From a virus, in the IMG/VR virus record IMGVR_UViG_3300032323_002909, positions 86,462 to 150,461 of that record: 64,000 nucleotides of DNA; one strand, given 5' to 3'. Below the pieces are notes generated by a model. That model was not told the origin of the DNA. It ran no database searches and worked only from the letters and a program-made list of their open reading frames with translations. A program made the position numbers and the translations under genes. Of this stretch, positions 8,212 through 18,208 are shown one piece after another; position 1 is the first letter of the stretch; each line of letters opens with the position of its first letter.

Positions 8212-9318
8212 ATGGATAAAGAAATTGCATCAATTTTGGACAGCTTAAATGATGTTGTCCCATATTCAGCCTACCTTTCAGAATCAACCCTTTCATCTGT
8301 AGATGATTGGATTGATACTGGAAGCATGGTTTTGAATGCGCTTATTTCTGGTTCATTGTATGGTGGCGTTCCAAAAGGTCGCATCACCCAATTTGCAGGT
8401 CCTTCTCAGAGTTTTAAATCTGGTATTGTCCTTAACATCTTGGCAAATGCTCAGAAAAAAGGCATGATTCCAGTGATTTTTGATACCGAAGGCGCAATTG
8501 ACCCTGAATCAGCTGCAAAATTCGGTTTAGATATTGCTAAAGTAAAATATGTAGGTTGTGAATCGGTTGAACAAACTCGAAACGCCATCTACAAATTTCT
8601 TAAAAATGTTCGAGATAAGAAACAATTTGGTAAGTTTATTATCGCAATTGATTCCTTGGCGAATTTGAATTCTGAAATGGAATTAACACGCATGGACAAA
8701 GATTCTATGTCTGCTGATATGGGAACATTTGCCAAGTCTGTAAAGAGTCTTTTGAAGACATGCACAAACATGTCTACTTTGACTAAAACTCCTATCATTA
8801 TTACAAATCATGTTTATGATGATCCTAGTGCAATGTATCCATCTTTAGAGAAGAATATGCCAGGCGGTAAAGCGGCGGTTTATCTTCCTTCTGTGACAGT
8901 TCAACTGGCTCGTAAACTTGTTAAAGATGGTGAATTGAAACAGGTTAATGATAAGCTTTCGGCATCACAAAAGAATTATTCTGGTGTTGTCATTAGAATG
9001 CTTACTGTTAAAAATAGATTCGTTAAACAATACCTTGAAGGTGAAATGTATTTATCTTTCAGTAAAGGTTTGAATAAATATTATGGATTGGTTGACATTA
9101 TGAAAGGTATGGGAGTTATTACCAACTCTGGTTCAGCTTATTCTGATTGGGAGGGTAATAAACTTGGATATCTTAAGGTTTGGTCGAAAGACATTGACTT
9201 ATGGGAAAACAAATTGCTCCCAGAACTCGAAAAACGTGTTAAAATTCACTGGGCATATGGTTCATCTCCCGATGAAGACGATTTGACTTCTCTGGAAGAT
9301 GATGATGGTGAAGAATAA
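8212..9318 (+). CDS. uvsX: RecA-like recombinase UvsX
   Basis: IDTGS..LNALISGS, Walker A GPSQSFKS, FDTE, IDSL, TNH, MPGG, KNRF. Confidence 0.95.
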   Translation: MDKEIASILDSLNDVVPYSAYLSESTLSSVDDWIDTGSMVLNALISGSLYGGVPKGRITQFAGPSQSFKSGIVLNILANAQKKGMIPVIFDTEGAIDPESAAKFGLDIAKVKYVGCESVEQTRNAIYKFLKNVRDKKQFGKFIIAIDSLANLNSEMELTRMDKDSMSADMGTFAKSVKSLLKTCTNMSTLTKTPIIITNHVYDDPSAMYPSLEKNMPGGKAAVYLPSVTVQLARKLVKDGELKQVNDKLSASQKNYSGVVIRMLTVKNRFVKQYLEGEMYLSFSKGLNKYYGLVDIMKGMGVITNSGSAYSDWEGNKLGYLKVWSKDIDLWENKLLPELEKRVKIHWAYGSSPDEDDLTSLEDDDGEE

Positions 9319-10101
9319 ATGAAAGTCCGCGAAGGAATACATTTGTTTAATGGTGATTGCTTGGAAGTTCTAAAAAAGCTTCCAAGCGATTCTATTGATT
9401 TGATTTTGGCAGATCCCCCATATGAACAAAATATTCGTCTTAAATGGGATAAAATGATCGACTTTGAAACTCTTTGGGTCGAGCTTGGTAGAATAGCTAA
9501 AGACAAAAGCCCAATAGTTTTAATGGGTAATCAACCATTCACCACCGATCTTATAAATTCAAAAAGAGATTGGTTTAGATACGAATGGGTATGGGATAAA
9601 CACATACCTCGTGGTATGCATCAAGCCAAGTCTCAACCAATGCGAAAACACGAAAACATTATAGTGTTTTCTAAAAATTATCCTACCAATTATTATCCAA
9701 TAATGGAGGAGCGTGATAAACCCATCAGAAGAAAAAATTATAATAAAAATTCTAAAGGTATCGATGGGCATTACAAAGAAGATCAGACCGATAAATGGTT
9801 TGAATATACTCACAAGAACCCGAATACTATCATATCAGGTTGTTGGGAAAAAAATAAAGGTAAAGTTCATCCTACACAAAAACCCGTGTCATTGATGGAA
9901 TATCTAATCAAAACTTATACAAAAGAAAATGATTTGGTATTAGATTTTTGTTTTGGGTCTAACTCATGTGGGGTAGCTGCTTTGAATACCAATAGAAAAT
10001 ATATTGGTATCGAAAGAGACAAAGATTATTTTGAGCAGGGTAAAACCCGAATGATCAATCATTTATCATCAACCAATGATGATAATTTTTCGGTTTCTTA
10101 A
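9319..10101 (+). CDS. DNA methyltransferase, N4-C/N6-A beta class
   Basis: GDCL, DPPY, HPTQKP, VLDFCFGS, YIGIE motifs. Confidence 0.9.
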   Translation: MKVREGIHLFNGDCLEVLKKLPSDSIDLILADPPYEQNIRLKWDKMIDFETLWVELGRIAKDKSPIVLMGNQPFTTDLINSKRDWFRYEWVWDKHIPRGMHQAKSQPMRKHENIIVFSKNYPTNYYPIMEERDKPIRRKNYNKNSKGIDGHYKEDQTDKWFEYTHKNPNTIISGCWEKNKGKVHPTQKPVSLMEYLIKTYTKENDLVLDFCFGSNSCGVAALNTNRKYIGIERDKDYFEQGKTRMINHLSSTNDDNFSVS

Positions 10102-12073
10102 ATCCACGCTCTTTGAATTCTCCGACAGTGTTGGTGAATCTATCTTTTTTGACTTGTTCAGTGAAATAATCCATCACTGAACTCTCGTTCAAACCTTTTT
10201 GTTTGAGAGCAGAAATTCTTTCGCTGAGTCTGTCCATTTCATCCAAATCTGGATCATCTGACATCATTATTTCCGATAATCTATCTTCTAATTCGGAAAT
10301 AGACTCGGATGGTTCATCTTCGTCAGCGATGTCTTCTTCCGTGTCTACCGCATCATCTTCGACATCTGCAATATCATCTTCAATATCCATTGTGTCATCT
10401 TCGACATCTACAATATCATCTTCGGTATCGAAGTCATCATCTTCTGTTGGTTCTTCGGCAACTGAAGATGCTTCTTTTTTGAGGTCTTTTATTTCTTTTT
10501 CGATTCTTTCTATTTCATCGAAATCTGTATCATCATCCAATAACAAATCTTGTAGACGAGATTCTAGCTCATCAATTTTTGCTTGGGTTTCTGCGCTAAT
10601 ACCAGCTTTTGCTACAGGTTTGGTAGTTTTTCGAGTGGATGGATCTGACTTATTAGCTTCTTTTGATTTTCTCATTTGTTCTCTAATAGTCTTTTCTTTT
10701 TTCCATATTTTATACCAATTATCAAAAGTTTTTATTTTTTCTGGTGTATCTAATACTTTTTTCACAGTAGCCGTGTCAAATTCTTCATATTCATCAAAAT
10801 CAGAATCTGCTACGGTGTCGAATTCAGGTTGTTTGGCTAATTTCAACATATATTTACCAAGCATTTCTATTTCATTGGAATCATAAGAACTCAACATTTC
10901 CATGAAATCTTTTTTAGTAATCGAATCGTCTTCGATAAAATTGGAAAAATCGCCCAATAGTTTATCCGAAATCATTTTATGGGTTGCGATTGCCTTATCT
11001 GTATCATTATTTGCCTTGCCACTTCTTCTGATTTTTAAAAAATAATCCACAACATTTCTCAATCCTTCAAGCGGAAAATTATCGGTTGAAGTTGTCGTTT
11101 CAGTTGTTTTATTTTTAATATTATCTTTTTGTATTTGTTTTATTTTACGGATTAATGGTGACGCTGCCGCATAAATTCGATCTTTATCAAATCTGTTTAT
11201 ACCAAAAATTTCTTGAACACGTTTATCAGCAGCTACTGCAAAAGCAGATGTTTTAGGAACTCTTCTACCATAACTCATTGTTGGGGATTCCGTTTCCGCT
11301 TTGTCGTCATTTGCGATATCTTTGTTCACTCGAACACGCGCTCTCAAATCATTTATATCCAAATAATCTATACCATCCTCACTCAAAAAGCCTCTTGGAT
11401 TATCTTTAATATATTTCTCATCTTCAGGTGATAGACTTGTTCTGTTTTTCAAGAACAGTTGTGTGCGTTTCTTAGCCAATTCTCTATCATTTAAATTTTC
11501 TTGTTTCTTAGATTTGTCGAGCATGTATTCGATGTCATCTGGAGAATCGACATCATCTGGTATTGAGTCTAAAATAGTATTACCAGTTTTACGTTTTTTT
11601 GCTGCCGATGGAGCATCCAAATATTCAATAATATTGTTGACATTAAGTAATTGTTTTTTAATATCTTGTGATAATATTTTTTTGATATTATCTTTAACTA
11701 CGGTAAAAAGACCATATTCTGCTTGTTTTTGAGAAGATGGGGAATTAGATCCTGTGCTCGTTAACCAATTTAAAAATTCGTCGGTATAAATTCTAGTTCC
11801 AGCCACTTTTTTTACAACAGTGGGTATATAATCCCAAATATATTTCTGATCATAATCTAGTATGTCTAATAAAGTGGTTAGTAGATAATCAATCGTCTTT
11901 GCTCGCAAATGTCCTGCTGAAGTGACCTTACCTTCAGTTTTGATTATTTCTTTTACAGGATTGTAAATTTCATCATTGAAATTTTGTAATTTTAATTTAC
12001 TCCAGACATTCGCCCTATCTTCATTGATAAGTTGAACTCTCTCGGTTAAATAATCCAGATCATAAATTCTCAT
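10055..12073 (-). CDS. Large acidic late protein with putative head-targeting N-terminus
   Basis: TAAATA upstream; YLTE/LINE sites; acidic heptad repeats and duplicated helical module in C-terminal part. Confidence 0.7.
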   Translation of the reverse strand: MRIYDLDYLTERVQLINEDRANVWSKLKLQNFNDEIYNPVKEIIKTEGKVTSAGHLRAKTIDYLLTTLLDILDYDQKYIWDYIPTVVKKVAGTRIYTDEFLNWLTSTGSNSPSSQKQAEYGLFTVVKDNIKKILSQDIKKQLLNVNNIIEYLDAPSAAKKRKTGNTILDSIPDDVDSPDDIEYMLDKSKKQENLNDRELAKKRTQLFLKNRTSLSPEDEKYIKDNPRGFLSEDGIDYLDINDLRARVRVNKDIANDDKAETESPTMSYGRRVPKTSAFAVAADKRVQEIFGINRFDKDRIYAAASPLIRKIKQIQKDNIKNKTTETTTSTDNFPLEGLRNVVDYFLKIRRSGKANNDTDKAIATHKMISDKLLGDFSNFIEDDSITKKDFMEMLSSYDSNEIEMLGKYMLKLAKQPEFDTVADSDFDEYEEFDTATVKKVLDTPEKIKTFDNWYKIWKKEKTIREQMRKSKEANKSDPSTRKTTKPVAKAGISAETQAKIDELESRLQDLLLDDDTDFDEIERIEKEIKDLKKEASSVAEEPTEDDDFDTEDDIVDVEDDTMDIEDDIADVEDDAVDTEEDIADEDEPSESISELEDRLSEIMMSDDPDLDEMDRLSERISALKQKGLNESSVMDYFTEQVKKDRFTNTVGEFKERGFKKPKNYHHWLMIND
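10317..10446 (-). repeat. 21-bp (7-aa) acidic tandem repeat, about 6 units
   Basis: EDDDFDT-EDDIVDV-EDDTMDI-EDDIADV-EDDAVDT-EEDIADE. Confidence 0.75.
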
Positions 12074-12119
12074 ATTCTTATTTAACGCATTTATAATATT
12101 TTCAGTTAAATAAATTAGT

Positions 12120-12839
12120 ATGATTTCGTTCGCAAAACACTATTTGATCAAAGAAGCTTTTGATACTGTGACAGAATTTTTATTGAATCCTGAACACTCG
12201 GATAAAGAGTATGATGAACTAGTCGCGGAGTTTGAAGCTTCTGGTGGTGAAGTTTTGGGTTCTGGATCATTTGGTATTGTATATTCACACCCAAGTTGGC
12301 CCTATGTGCTCAAAGTGTTTAGTTGGGATGACCCATATCTAAAATTTGCAAGATACGCATACGACAACCCACATCCATCTTTTCCAAAATTTTATGGTAA
12401 ACCACAACGTGTTGTCCCTAATTATACGAGATATAAAGATGAAGCAAAGCAATATCTGGCAAGGATTGAACGTTTGGAACCAACTTCAGAAAATGTTTTG
12501 AATAAAATAAATGTGGAACTTATGTTATACTTTCATCTAAGGGACAATCCAGAATTGATAAAAAATCGAGTAGATTTTATGAAATTGTCTAGCAGAGTCA
12601 AAGCATTACCCAAAGAAATTTATAATCTATTAGATGGATTATATTTGATACGTAGAGATCTCCCCACATTGAACCCTGATTTACATGAAGATAATGTTAT
12701 GATGCGAGATGATGGTCAATATGTGTGGATCGATCCTGTTTGGACTGGCGATGAAGCTAGTGAAAACCCACTGACCGCTGCTATGACATCTAAGGACTAC
12801 GCTCCCGAAAACATGTTACGTGGTGGAAGAACATCTTGA
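12120..12839 (+). CDS. Protein kinase-like protein
   Basis: LGSGSFGIVY glycine loop, VLKVF lysine, DLHEDN catalytic loop, WIDP metal-binding motif. Confidence 0.8.
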   Translation: MISFAKHYLIKEAFDTVTEFLLNPEHSDKEYDELVAEFEASGGEVLGSGSFGIVYSHPSWPYVLKVFSWDDPYLKFARYAYDNPHPSFPKFYGKPQRVVPNYTRYKDEAKQYLARIERLEPTSENVLNKINVELMLYFHLRDNPELIKNRVDFMKLSSRVKALPKEIYNLLDGLYLIRRDLPTLNPDLHEDNVMMRDDGQYVWIDPVWTGDEASENPLTAAMTSKDYAPENMLRGGRTS

Positions 12840-12863
12840 CAAATCAATACAGTGTGTTAAATT
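12836..12863 (+). promoter_or_regulatory. Sigma70-type promoter (leaderless geometry)
   Basis: TTGACA-N16-(TGn)TAAATT-N6-ATG. Confidence 0.7.
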
Positions 12864-12869
12864 TAGCAC

Positions 12870-13529
12870 ATGGATGATTCGGATAATATAGCTATTTATA
12901 CAGCTACCAAAGAAAATAATTTAAGTTTTCCACTTGCTAATAGTTTAAAAAGATTGAATTTGCAAAAATTTTTACGTGCGAAATTTGCTAATACGCAGTC
13001 TTTAGCTAAGGTTTATAACGAATTTTTAGATGATGCTATAAAAAAAGACCTTGATTATATCATTTTTACCCATGATGACGTATGGATCGAGCATGATTTT
13101 AGGTTAAATTTACAAGAATCTTTCAATTCATTTGATGTTGTGGGTGTAGCGGGTTGTTCCAAGGCTGAAATAACGTCTCCAGCGTTATGGCATTTGATGG
13201 GTAGAGGACACTTACACGGTGCAGTGGCACACAAATACGGTAATAGTAAAGCTATGACTAGTTTTGGTATCTACCCTCATAGAGTCGTCATAATTGATGG
13301 AGTATTTATAGCTTTAAATAAGAAAGCCATCAAATCAGCAAGGTTCGATGAACAATGCCCATCAAAATGGCACTTCTATGATCTTTGTTTTAGTGCAAGA
13401 TGTCTACAAAATAACTTGAAAATAGGCGTGAGTGATATTATCATTACACACGAGTCCCATGGTTTACGCGAATTTACAGATGAGTGGAAGATGGGTGAAC
13501 AATATTACATGGAAACATATAATTCTTAA
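12870..13529 (+). CDS. Glycosyltransferase, GT-A fold (GT2-like)
   Basis: SLAKVYN, FTHDDV, GVAG, IDGVF, FDE, HFYDLCFS, HES motifs. Confidence 0.8.
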   Translation: MDDSDNIAIYTATKENNLSFPLANSLKRLNLQKFLRAKFANTQSLAKVYNEFLDDAIKKDLDYIIFTHDDVWIEHDFRLNLQESFNSFDVVGVAGCSKAEITSPALWHLMGRGHLHGAVAHKYGNSKAMTSFGIYPHRVVIIDGVFIALNKKAIKSARFDEQCPSKWHFYDLCFSARCLQNNLKIGVSDIIITHESHGLREFTDEWKMGEQYYMETYNS

Positions 13530-14845
13530 TGAGTGAAATAGACTTAGATTATTTTGAAAAGATTTTGGTGAAAAATGCCATGACTAATGGTAGTTATTTG
13601 GCATCTATTGCTGATCATGTTCAACCAAAATACTTCAATGATAAGTTTATCGCCAAATATTTCGAAATAGTATCGGATTTTTATGATAAACGGCAAGCAT
13701 TGCCAACTTTTACAGAGATAAAGACCTATTTGATCTCTGATGAATTGAAAAATGGGTTCAAAAAGCTCATAGAATCGTTCAAAGAGCTAGATTCTGCTCA
13801 AAATAACGATGAATTGTATACAAATACTGAAAAATTCCTCAAAGAAAGAGGAATGTATCACTCGATATTGGAATCTGCTGAGAAAATATCAGAGGGTAAC
13901 GTTGATACATCTGAAATTGTCGAGAAGTTTGAGAAAATTGCTGGTATAAACCTGAATGTAGACAAGGGTATTGAGATCTATGGTGATGTTGAGAGGGTTA
14001 TTGACGACATTTTGAATGATGAGACCATGATATCATCCAAATGGTCTTGGTTAGACGATGCACTTGGAGGTGGTTTTGCTGAAGTAGGCAAAGCATTATA
14101 CGTATTTGCAGGTCAATCCAATATCGGTAAGAGTATTTTTCTAGGTAATGTGGCTGCTAACATGGCATCACAGAACAAAAACATACTAGTAATAACATTA
14201 GAGATGTCTGAAACACTCTATGCGAAGAGAATAGCATCAAATATTACCAAAATACCGATGAAAGACTTTAGACATAACGTTCCGACACTGCGTCATGCTC
14301 TGGAAGAAGAGCATGACAAAACAGGTGGTAGAATTTACATTAAAGAATTCCCTCCATCAACCATCACTCCTAAGCAATTAGGGGCATTCATCAAAAAAAT
14401 GATTGATTCTGGTATTAAAATCGATGGTGTCGTGGTCGATTACCTAACATTGTTGACCGCTGCTGGTTCTAATTCATATGAGAAGGGTAAAAATATCTGT
14501 GAACAGATCAGAGCATTGTCATATGTGTTTAAATGTCCCTTTGTATCTGCTTGTCAGTTGAATCGTAGTTCCATTAATGAAAATAACCCTGATATGTCAG
14601 GTATTGCAGAGAGTCTTTCTATTGCGATGACCGCCGATGTTATTGTATCCATCTTTCAAAATGAAGAAGACCAAGAATTAGGGGTGATTCGTCTTGGTAT
14701 GATGAAAAATCGATTCGGTCCGAGGGGTATGGTTCAAACTATGAGAATTGATTACCCAACACTTACTGTTCATCAATCGGATGAAGATGATGAAGAAATC
14801 ATGTCTGATGATGAGTTAAGTCTACTAGAAAAATTTAGCGGTTAA
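13529..14845 (+). CDS. 41: Replicative DnaB-like helicase, T4 gp41-like
   Basis: Walker A GQSNIGKS, TLEMSE, IKEFP, VVDYL, QLNR, KNRFG. Confidence 0.95.
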   Translation: MSEIDLDYFEKILVKNAMTNGSYLASIADHVQPKYFNDKFIAKYFEIVSDFYDKRQALPTFTEIKTYLISDELKNGFKKLIESFKELDSAQNNDELYTNTEKFLKERGMYHSILESAEKISEGNVDTSEIVEKFEKIAGINLNVDKGIEIYGDVERVIDDILNDETMISSKWSWLDDALGGGFAEVGKALYVFAGQSNIGKSIFLGNVAANMASQNKNILVITLEMSETLYAKRIASNITKIPMKDFRHNVPTLRHALEEEHDKTGGRIYIKEFPPSTITPKQLGAFIKKMIDSGIKIDGVVVDYLTLLTAAGSNSYEKGKNICEQIRALSYVFKCPFVSACQLNRSSINENNPDMSGIAESLSIAMTADVIVSIFQNEEDQELGVIRLGMMKNRFGPRGMVQTMRIDYPTLTVHQSDEDDEEIMSDDELSLLEKFSG

Positions 14846-14857
14846 TTAAATATTAAT

Positions 14858-15364
14858 ATGAATAAAAAAGATCAGGATAACATTGGGCTGATATATGAAA
14901 ACATTTTATTAGAAGCTAGTTTATCCAATAAAAATCTTTTTTATGGCTTAAAAAGCATGTTGGATGATGGCGAAGATTTCACAATGTTGACGGATAGAAA
15001 CATGGAAAAAGATGATCAACAAACTATGTCCTGTCAGTTTATATATAAAGGAACTAGACATATTAGAGTTTTCACGAGCGCGTTTTTTTCGACTAAAAAC
15101 TATGATAATCCTTCTCATCTCACAGTTTCTATATTTGAGGTGACACCAGAAGGTAAAACCATATCTAAGTTGGATACTAATGCTTTCTATAACAAAGGGG
15201 CATATTTCGACATCTCACACGATCCGATAATATCTTCTGTCGAGAATTTTGTCAAATATGTCAAGTCGGTGTTGGACAGGTCTGATAGAGATCGTGGAAA
15301 CGATGATGAAACGAAGCTTCCTAAATCACCAACCCCAACGAGTAAAAAATTAATATCGATTTGA
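14858..15364 (+). CDS. Hypothetical late protein with putative head-targeting N-terminus
   Basis: TAAATA 14847-14852 then N5-ATG; MNKKDQDNIGLIYENILLE|A. Confidence 0.7.
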   Translation: MNKKDQDNIGLIYENILLEASLSNKNLFYGLKSMLDDGEDFTMLTDRNMEKDDQQTMSCQFIYKGTRHIRVFTSAFFSTKNYDNPSHLTVSIFEVTPEGKTISKLDTNAFYNKGAYFDISHDPIISSVENFVKYVKSVLDRSDRDRGNDDETKLPKSPTPTSKKLISI

Positions 15365-15416
15365 TACGGTATTAATTTTGTTTACTATATAAAAAACTGA
15401 TGGGATCTTTAAATAC

Positions 15417-15444
15417 TTGACAACTGATCGATATATGCTACGAT
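15417..15444 (+). promoter_or_regulatory. Sigma70-type promoter (leaderless geometry)
   Basis: TTGACA-N16-(TGn)TACGAT-N6-ATG; second TTGACA at 15464 precedes in-frame ATG 15496. Confidence 0.7.
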
Positions 15445-15450
15445 TCCCGC

Positions 15451-16350
15451 ATGGAATCGCCTATTGACAAACTCATAAAAATTAATAATTATGATATGTC
15501 TAAAATTTTTGCGTGGGTAAATTCTGATTTGGATGGTATAGGTTCTACCATCTTATTGGGTAATCTATTTAAAAATTTTGAATATCGTCACTGTTTCTTT
15601 GGTAATTTCGAGGAGCAATATCTGCTATGGGCTAAGGATAATGCGGTAGATTACGATAAAATTTTCATCGTCGGTATGGTTTTAGATCAAAATCTTATCA
15701 AAAAAATAGATGACCAGCGAGTAGTGTTCGTGTCCGACCGAAATGAACAATTCAAAACATGGGATTCTACCATTATTCATGATGAATGCTCCTCTTGCAC
15801 GAAATTATTGTATAAAAAATTTAAAGAAAAAATTGAATTCACTAAAAATCTGAAAAAATTCTTTCTGTATGTTGATGATTACAATTCTTACGATCTAAAA
15901 CACGAAGAAACCAAATATATAAACGCATTTTATAGAAAATCTGGAGCTAATCGTTTTATTAATTTTGTAAATCGTTTTTGGAACGGTTTTGATGGGTTTA
16001 AAGAATCGGAAGTCAAACTTGCCGATGGATTCTTCAAAGAATTAGAAAAAGAATTATCCGAGATCACCCTTTACAAGGGAGAATGGAGTGGTTACAATAT
16101 TATCTCCACTATATCAAAATTTTCGGTTAATGAATTAGCACACTCTATCATGAGTAATTATGAGGGGGATGCAGTAATCATCATGAATCCAGATACACAG
16201 TTTGTTTCGTTTAGAAAATATAAAGGTTCTGACATCGATATTGCTAAAATCGCGAATATGTTATGCGATGGTGGCGGTGGCGAATGGGCAGCAGGTGGTA
16301 AAATCACCAAAGAATTTTTAAAATTTAGCGAAACTTTAAAAGAAATTTAA
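15451..16350 (+). CDS. DHH/DHHA1 phosphoesterase-like protein with degenerate active site
   Basis: NSDLDG motif I, VSFR and GGGGEWAAGG DHHA1-like tail; DHH replaced by SDR. Confidence 0.65.
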   Translation: MESPIDKLIKINNYDMSKIFAWVNSDLDGIGSTILLGNLFKNFEYRHCFFGNFEEQYLLWAKDNAVDYDKIFIVGMVLDQNLIKKIDDQRVVFVSDRNEQFKTWDSTIIHDECSSCTKLLYKKFKEKIEFTKNLKKFFLYVDDYNSYDLKHEETKYINAFYRKSGANRFINFVNRFWNGFDGFKESEVKLADGFFKELEKELSEITLYKGEWSGYNIISTISKFSVNELAHSIMSNYEGDAVIIMNPDTQFVSFRKYKGSDIDIAKIANMLCDGGGGEWAAGGKITKEFLKFSETLKEI

Positions 16351-16352
16351 TT

Positions 16353-16664
16353 ATGATCAACCCATCAGATTCTATAGTCGAAGAAGAAACAAATCATCTT
16401 TTTCTTTGTTTTTGCACCTTTGTTAACAATTTGAAGGGTAAGAAATTATCAATTCAAAATGTATTTGTGACTACTTTACAGGAGGAAAAATTGAAAACAA
16501 TACTAAAAACAATTTTATCTCTTGACTCTGATCAAGAACTTGTTAAAGTGTTCTTGGAATATGATCCAACTATTGCAAAATCAAAGTATGTAACCAAATT
16601 TATCAATAATATTTGTAAGACAAATAAGAGCAGAAATGACAAAACTACAACAAAAAATATATAA
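16353..16664 (+). CDS. Hypothetical protein
   Basis: ORF in replication operon. Confidence 0.65.
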   Translation: MINPSDSIVEEETNHLFLCFCTFVNNLKGKKLSIQNVFVTTLQEEKLKTILKTILSLDSDQELVKVFLEYDPTIAKSKYVTKFINNICKTNKSRNDKTTTKNI

Positions 16665-17265
16665 TTCACATCTGGCTATTTCTCGTAAACAGAGAAATAA
16701 ACCATTCAGAATTAGAAAAGATTTTTCGTCATTAGAGTCTCATATTATTGATAAATTAGCATCATTAGAAAGATTTTTTCTAGCACATCCATCGGTAAAC
16801 ATTGATGAATATTTTACATCACCTTATGAAATCTTTGAAGATGATGAATATTTTGATTTAGATTTTTACCTTACATCCAAAGCTAAAAAAGCTTACTCAC
16901 AATACATGAAAAAATTAGAGATTAGCGACCCTGATACGGAAGCTAGTTTGAAACGTCTTATCGATGGTTTAAAATTCATCAAAACATTTTGCCAAGAAAA
17001 AAACTTGACTTTAGAAAAATACCATGTATATATAGAGAATAATCTGCCTTGCATTATTGAGCATCTAAAGAATCACGATATTAATATGTATTGTTTACAC
17101 GCTTTAGGTATTACTAAGATCGATGTGGAGAACAGAGTTTTAGATTTTATTTTTTCTGATTTCTGGACAACTTTTCAGAAGACAAAAAATAAATTCTTCC
17201 TAAGTGGGAAGATGAAAAAACTCGCAAAACAAGCAATAACAAAAATACAACAACAACTAAAATAA
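16636..17265 (+). CDS. Hypothetical protein, possibly helicase loader gp59-like
   Basis: Size (209 aa), basic/aromatic composition and position directly before gp32 as in T4; no diagnostic motif. Confidence 0.4.
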   Translation: MTKLQQKIYNSHLAISRKQRNKPFRIRKDFSSLESHIIDKLASLERFFLAHPSVNIDEYFTSPYEIFEDDEYFDLDFYLTSKAKKAYSQYMKKLEISDPDTEASLKRLIDGLKFIKTFCQEKNLTLEKYHVYIENNLPCIIEHLKNHDINMYCLHALGITKIDVENRVLDFIFSDFWTTFQKTKNKFFLSGKMKKLAKQAITKIQQQLK

Positions 17266-18197
17266 TGACAACAAAAACAAAAGCAAAATTCGGCGGTGCA
17301 GCAATGTTCGAATCGATCAAAGCAGCATTGAATAAATCAAAGGATGGCGCTGGCGCACAATTCGGCAATATTCTGAAATGCCCAGATGGTCATACTTATA
17401 CATTAAGACTTGTTCCTAATGTGGAAAATCCTGAAAAGACATTTTTCCATCACTGGGTGCATGGTTGGAATAGTAAATCATCTGGCTCTTATATGAGTCA
17501 CATTGGTCTTCAAACCTTCGATGAAAGAGATCCTATCTCTGAACTTCGTTGGAAACTCTGGAAATCTTGGAGAGAAGCCAATCCCAAAGCTGATTCCAAA
17601 GACTACGTTGCTGATATTTCCCAGAAAGAAAACTGGTTCGTGAATGTTTACGTTATCGATGATCCATCGAACCCGAACAACAACGGAACTGTGAAAATTC
17701 TTCGTATGGGTCCGCAGCTTAAGAAAATTGTCGATGAGGCTACGGAAGGTGATAGATCTGATGAACTTGGGTGGGACATTTTCGATCTTTCTAAAGGTCA
17801 CGATTTGAAAATCAAGGCTGAGAAGAAAGGTGTTTATACCACATTTGAATCGTCATTCTTCACTACGAAATCCAAAACTGTATTGGATGAAGAAGAGATT
17901 GATAAGATCCATTCCAATATCAATGATTTGGAATCGGTTTATCCTGTGAAAACTTATGATGAACTCCAAGAGATTCTGAATGAGCATTTCTTCATCGGTG
18001 CTGAGAAGGAAACTCCGAAACCTCTTTCTAAAATCACATCGAAAACACCTGTTGTCGATGATGAGGACGAGGATGATGATATCCCTATGGTTCACGAAAC
18101 AAAGAAAACCAAAACTCAATCTGCAACTAAAGTCCAAAAAGTTCAGGACGATGACGATGTTGACATCGACGAGCTCCTTGAAGGATTGGACGATTAA
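17265..18197 (+). CDS. 32: Single-stranded DNA-binding protein, T4 gp32-like
   Basis: LRLVP, NVYVIDDPSNPNNNGTVKIL, IFDLSKG, acidic C-terminal tail ending DELLEGLDD. Confidence 0.9.
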   Translation: MTTKTKAKFGGAAMFESIKAALNKSKDGAGAQFGNILKCPDGHTYTLRLVPNVENPEKTFFHHWVHGWNSKSSGSYMSHIGLQTFDERDPISELRWKLWKSWREANPKADSKDYVADISQKENWFVNVYVIDDPSNPNNNGTVKILRMGPQLKKIVDEATEGDRSDELGWDIFDLSKGHDLKIKAEKKGVYTTFESSFFTTKSKTVLDEEEIDKIHSNINDLESVYPVKTYDELQEILNEHFFIGAEKETPKPLSKITSKTPVVDDEDEDDDIPMVHETKKTKTQSATKVQKVQDDDDVDIDELLEGLDD

Positions 18198-18208
18198 TAA
18201 ATAAACAA

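Noticed and set aside
10203-10886. Ser-rich 227-aa plus-strand ORF and similar antisense ORFs (811-1338, 25930-26451, 57294-57632, 62291-62962)
   Set aside because: Shadow frames of well-supported genes on the opposite strand
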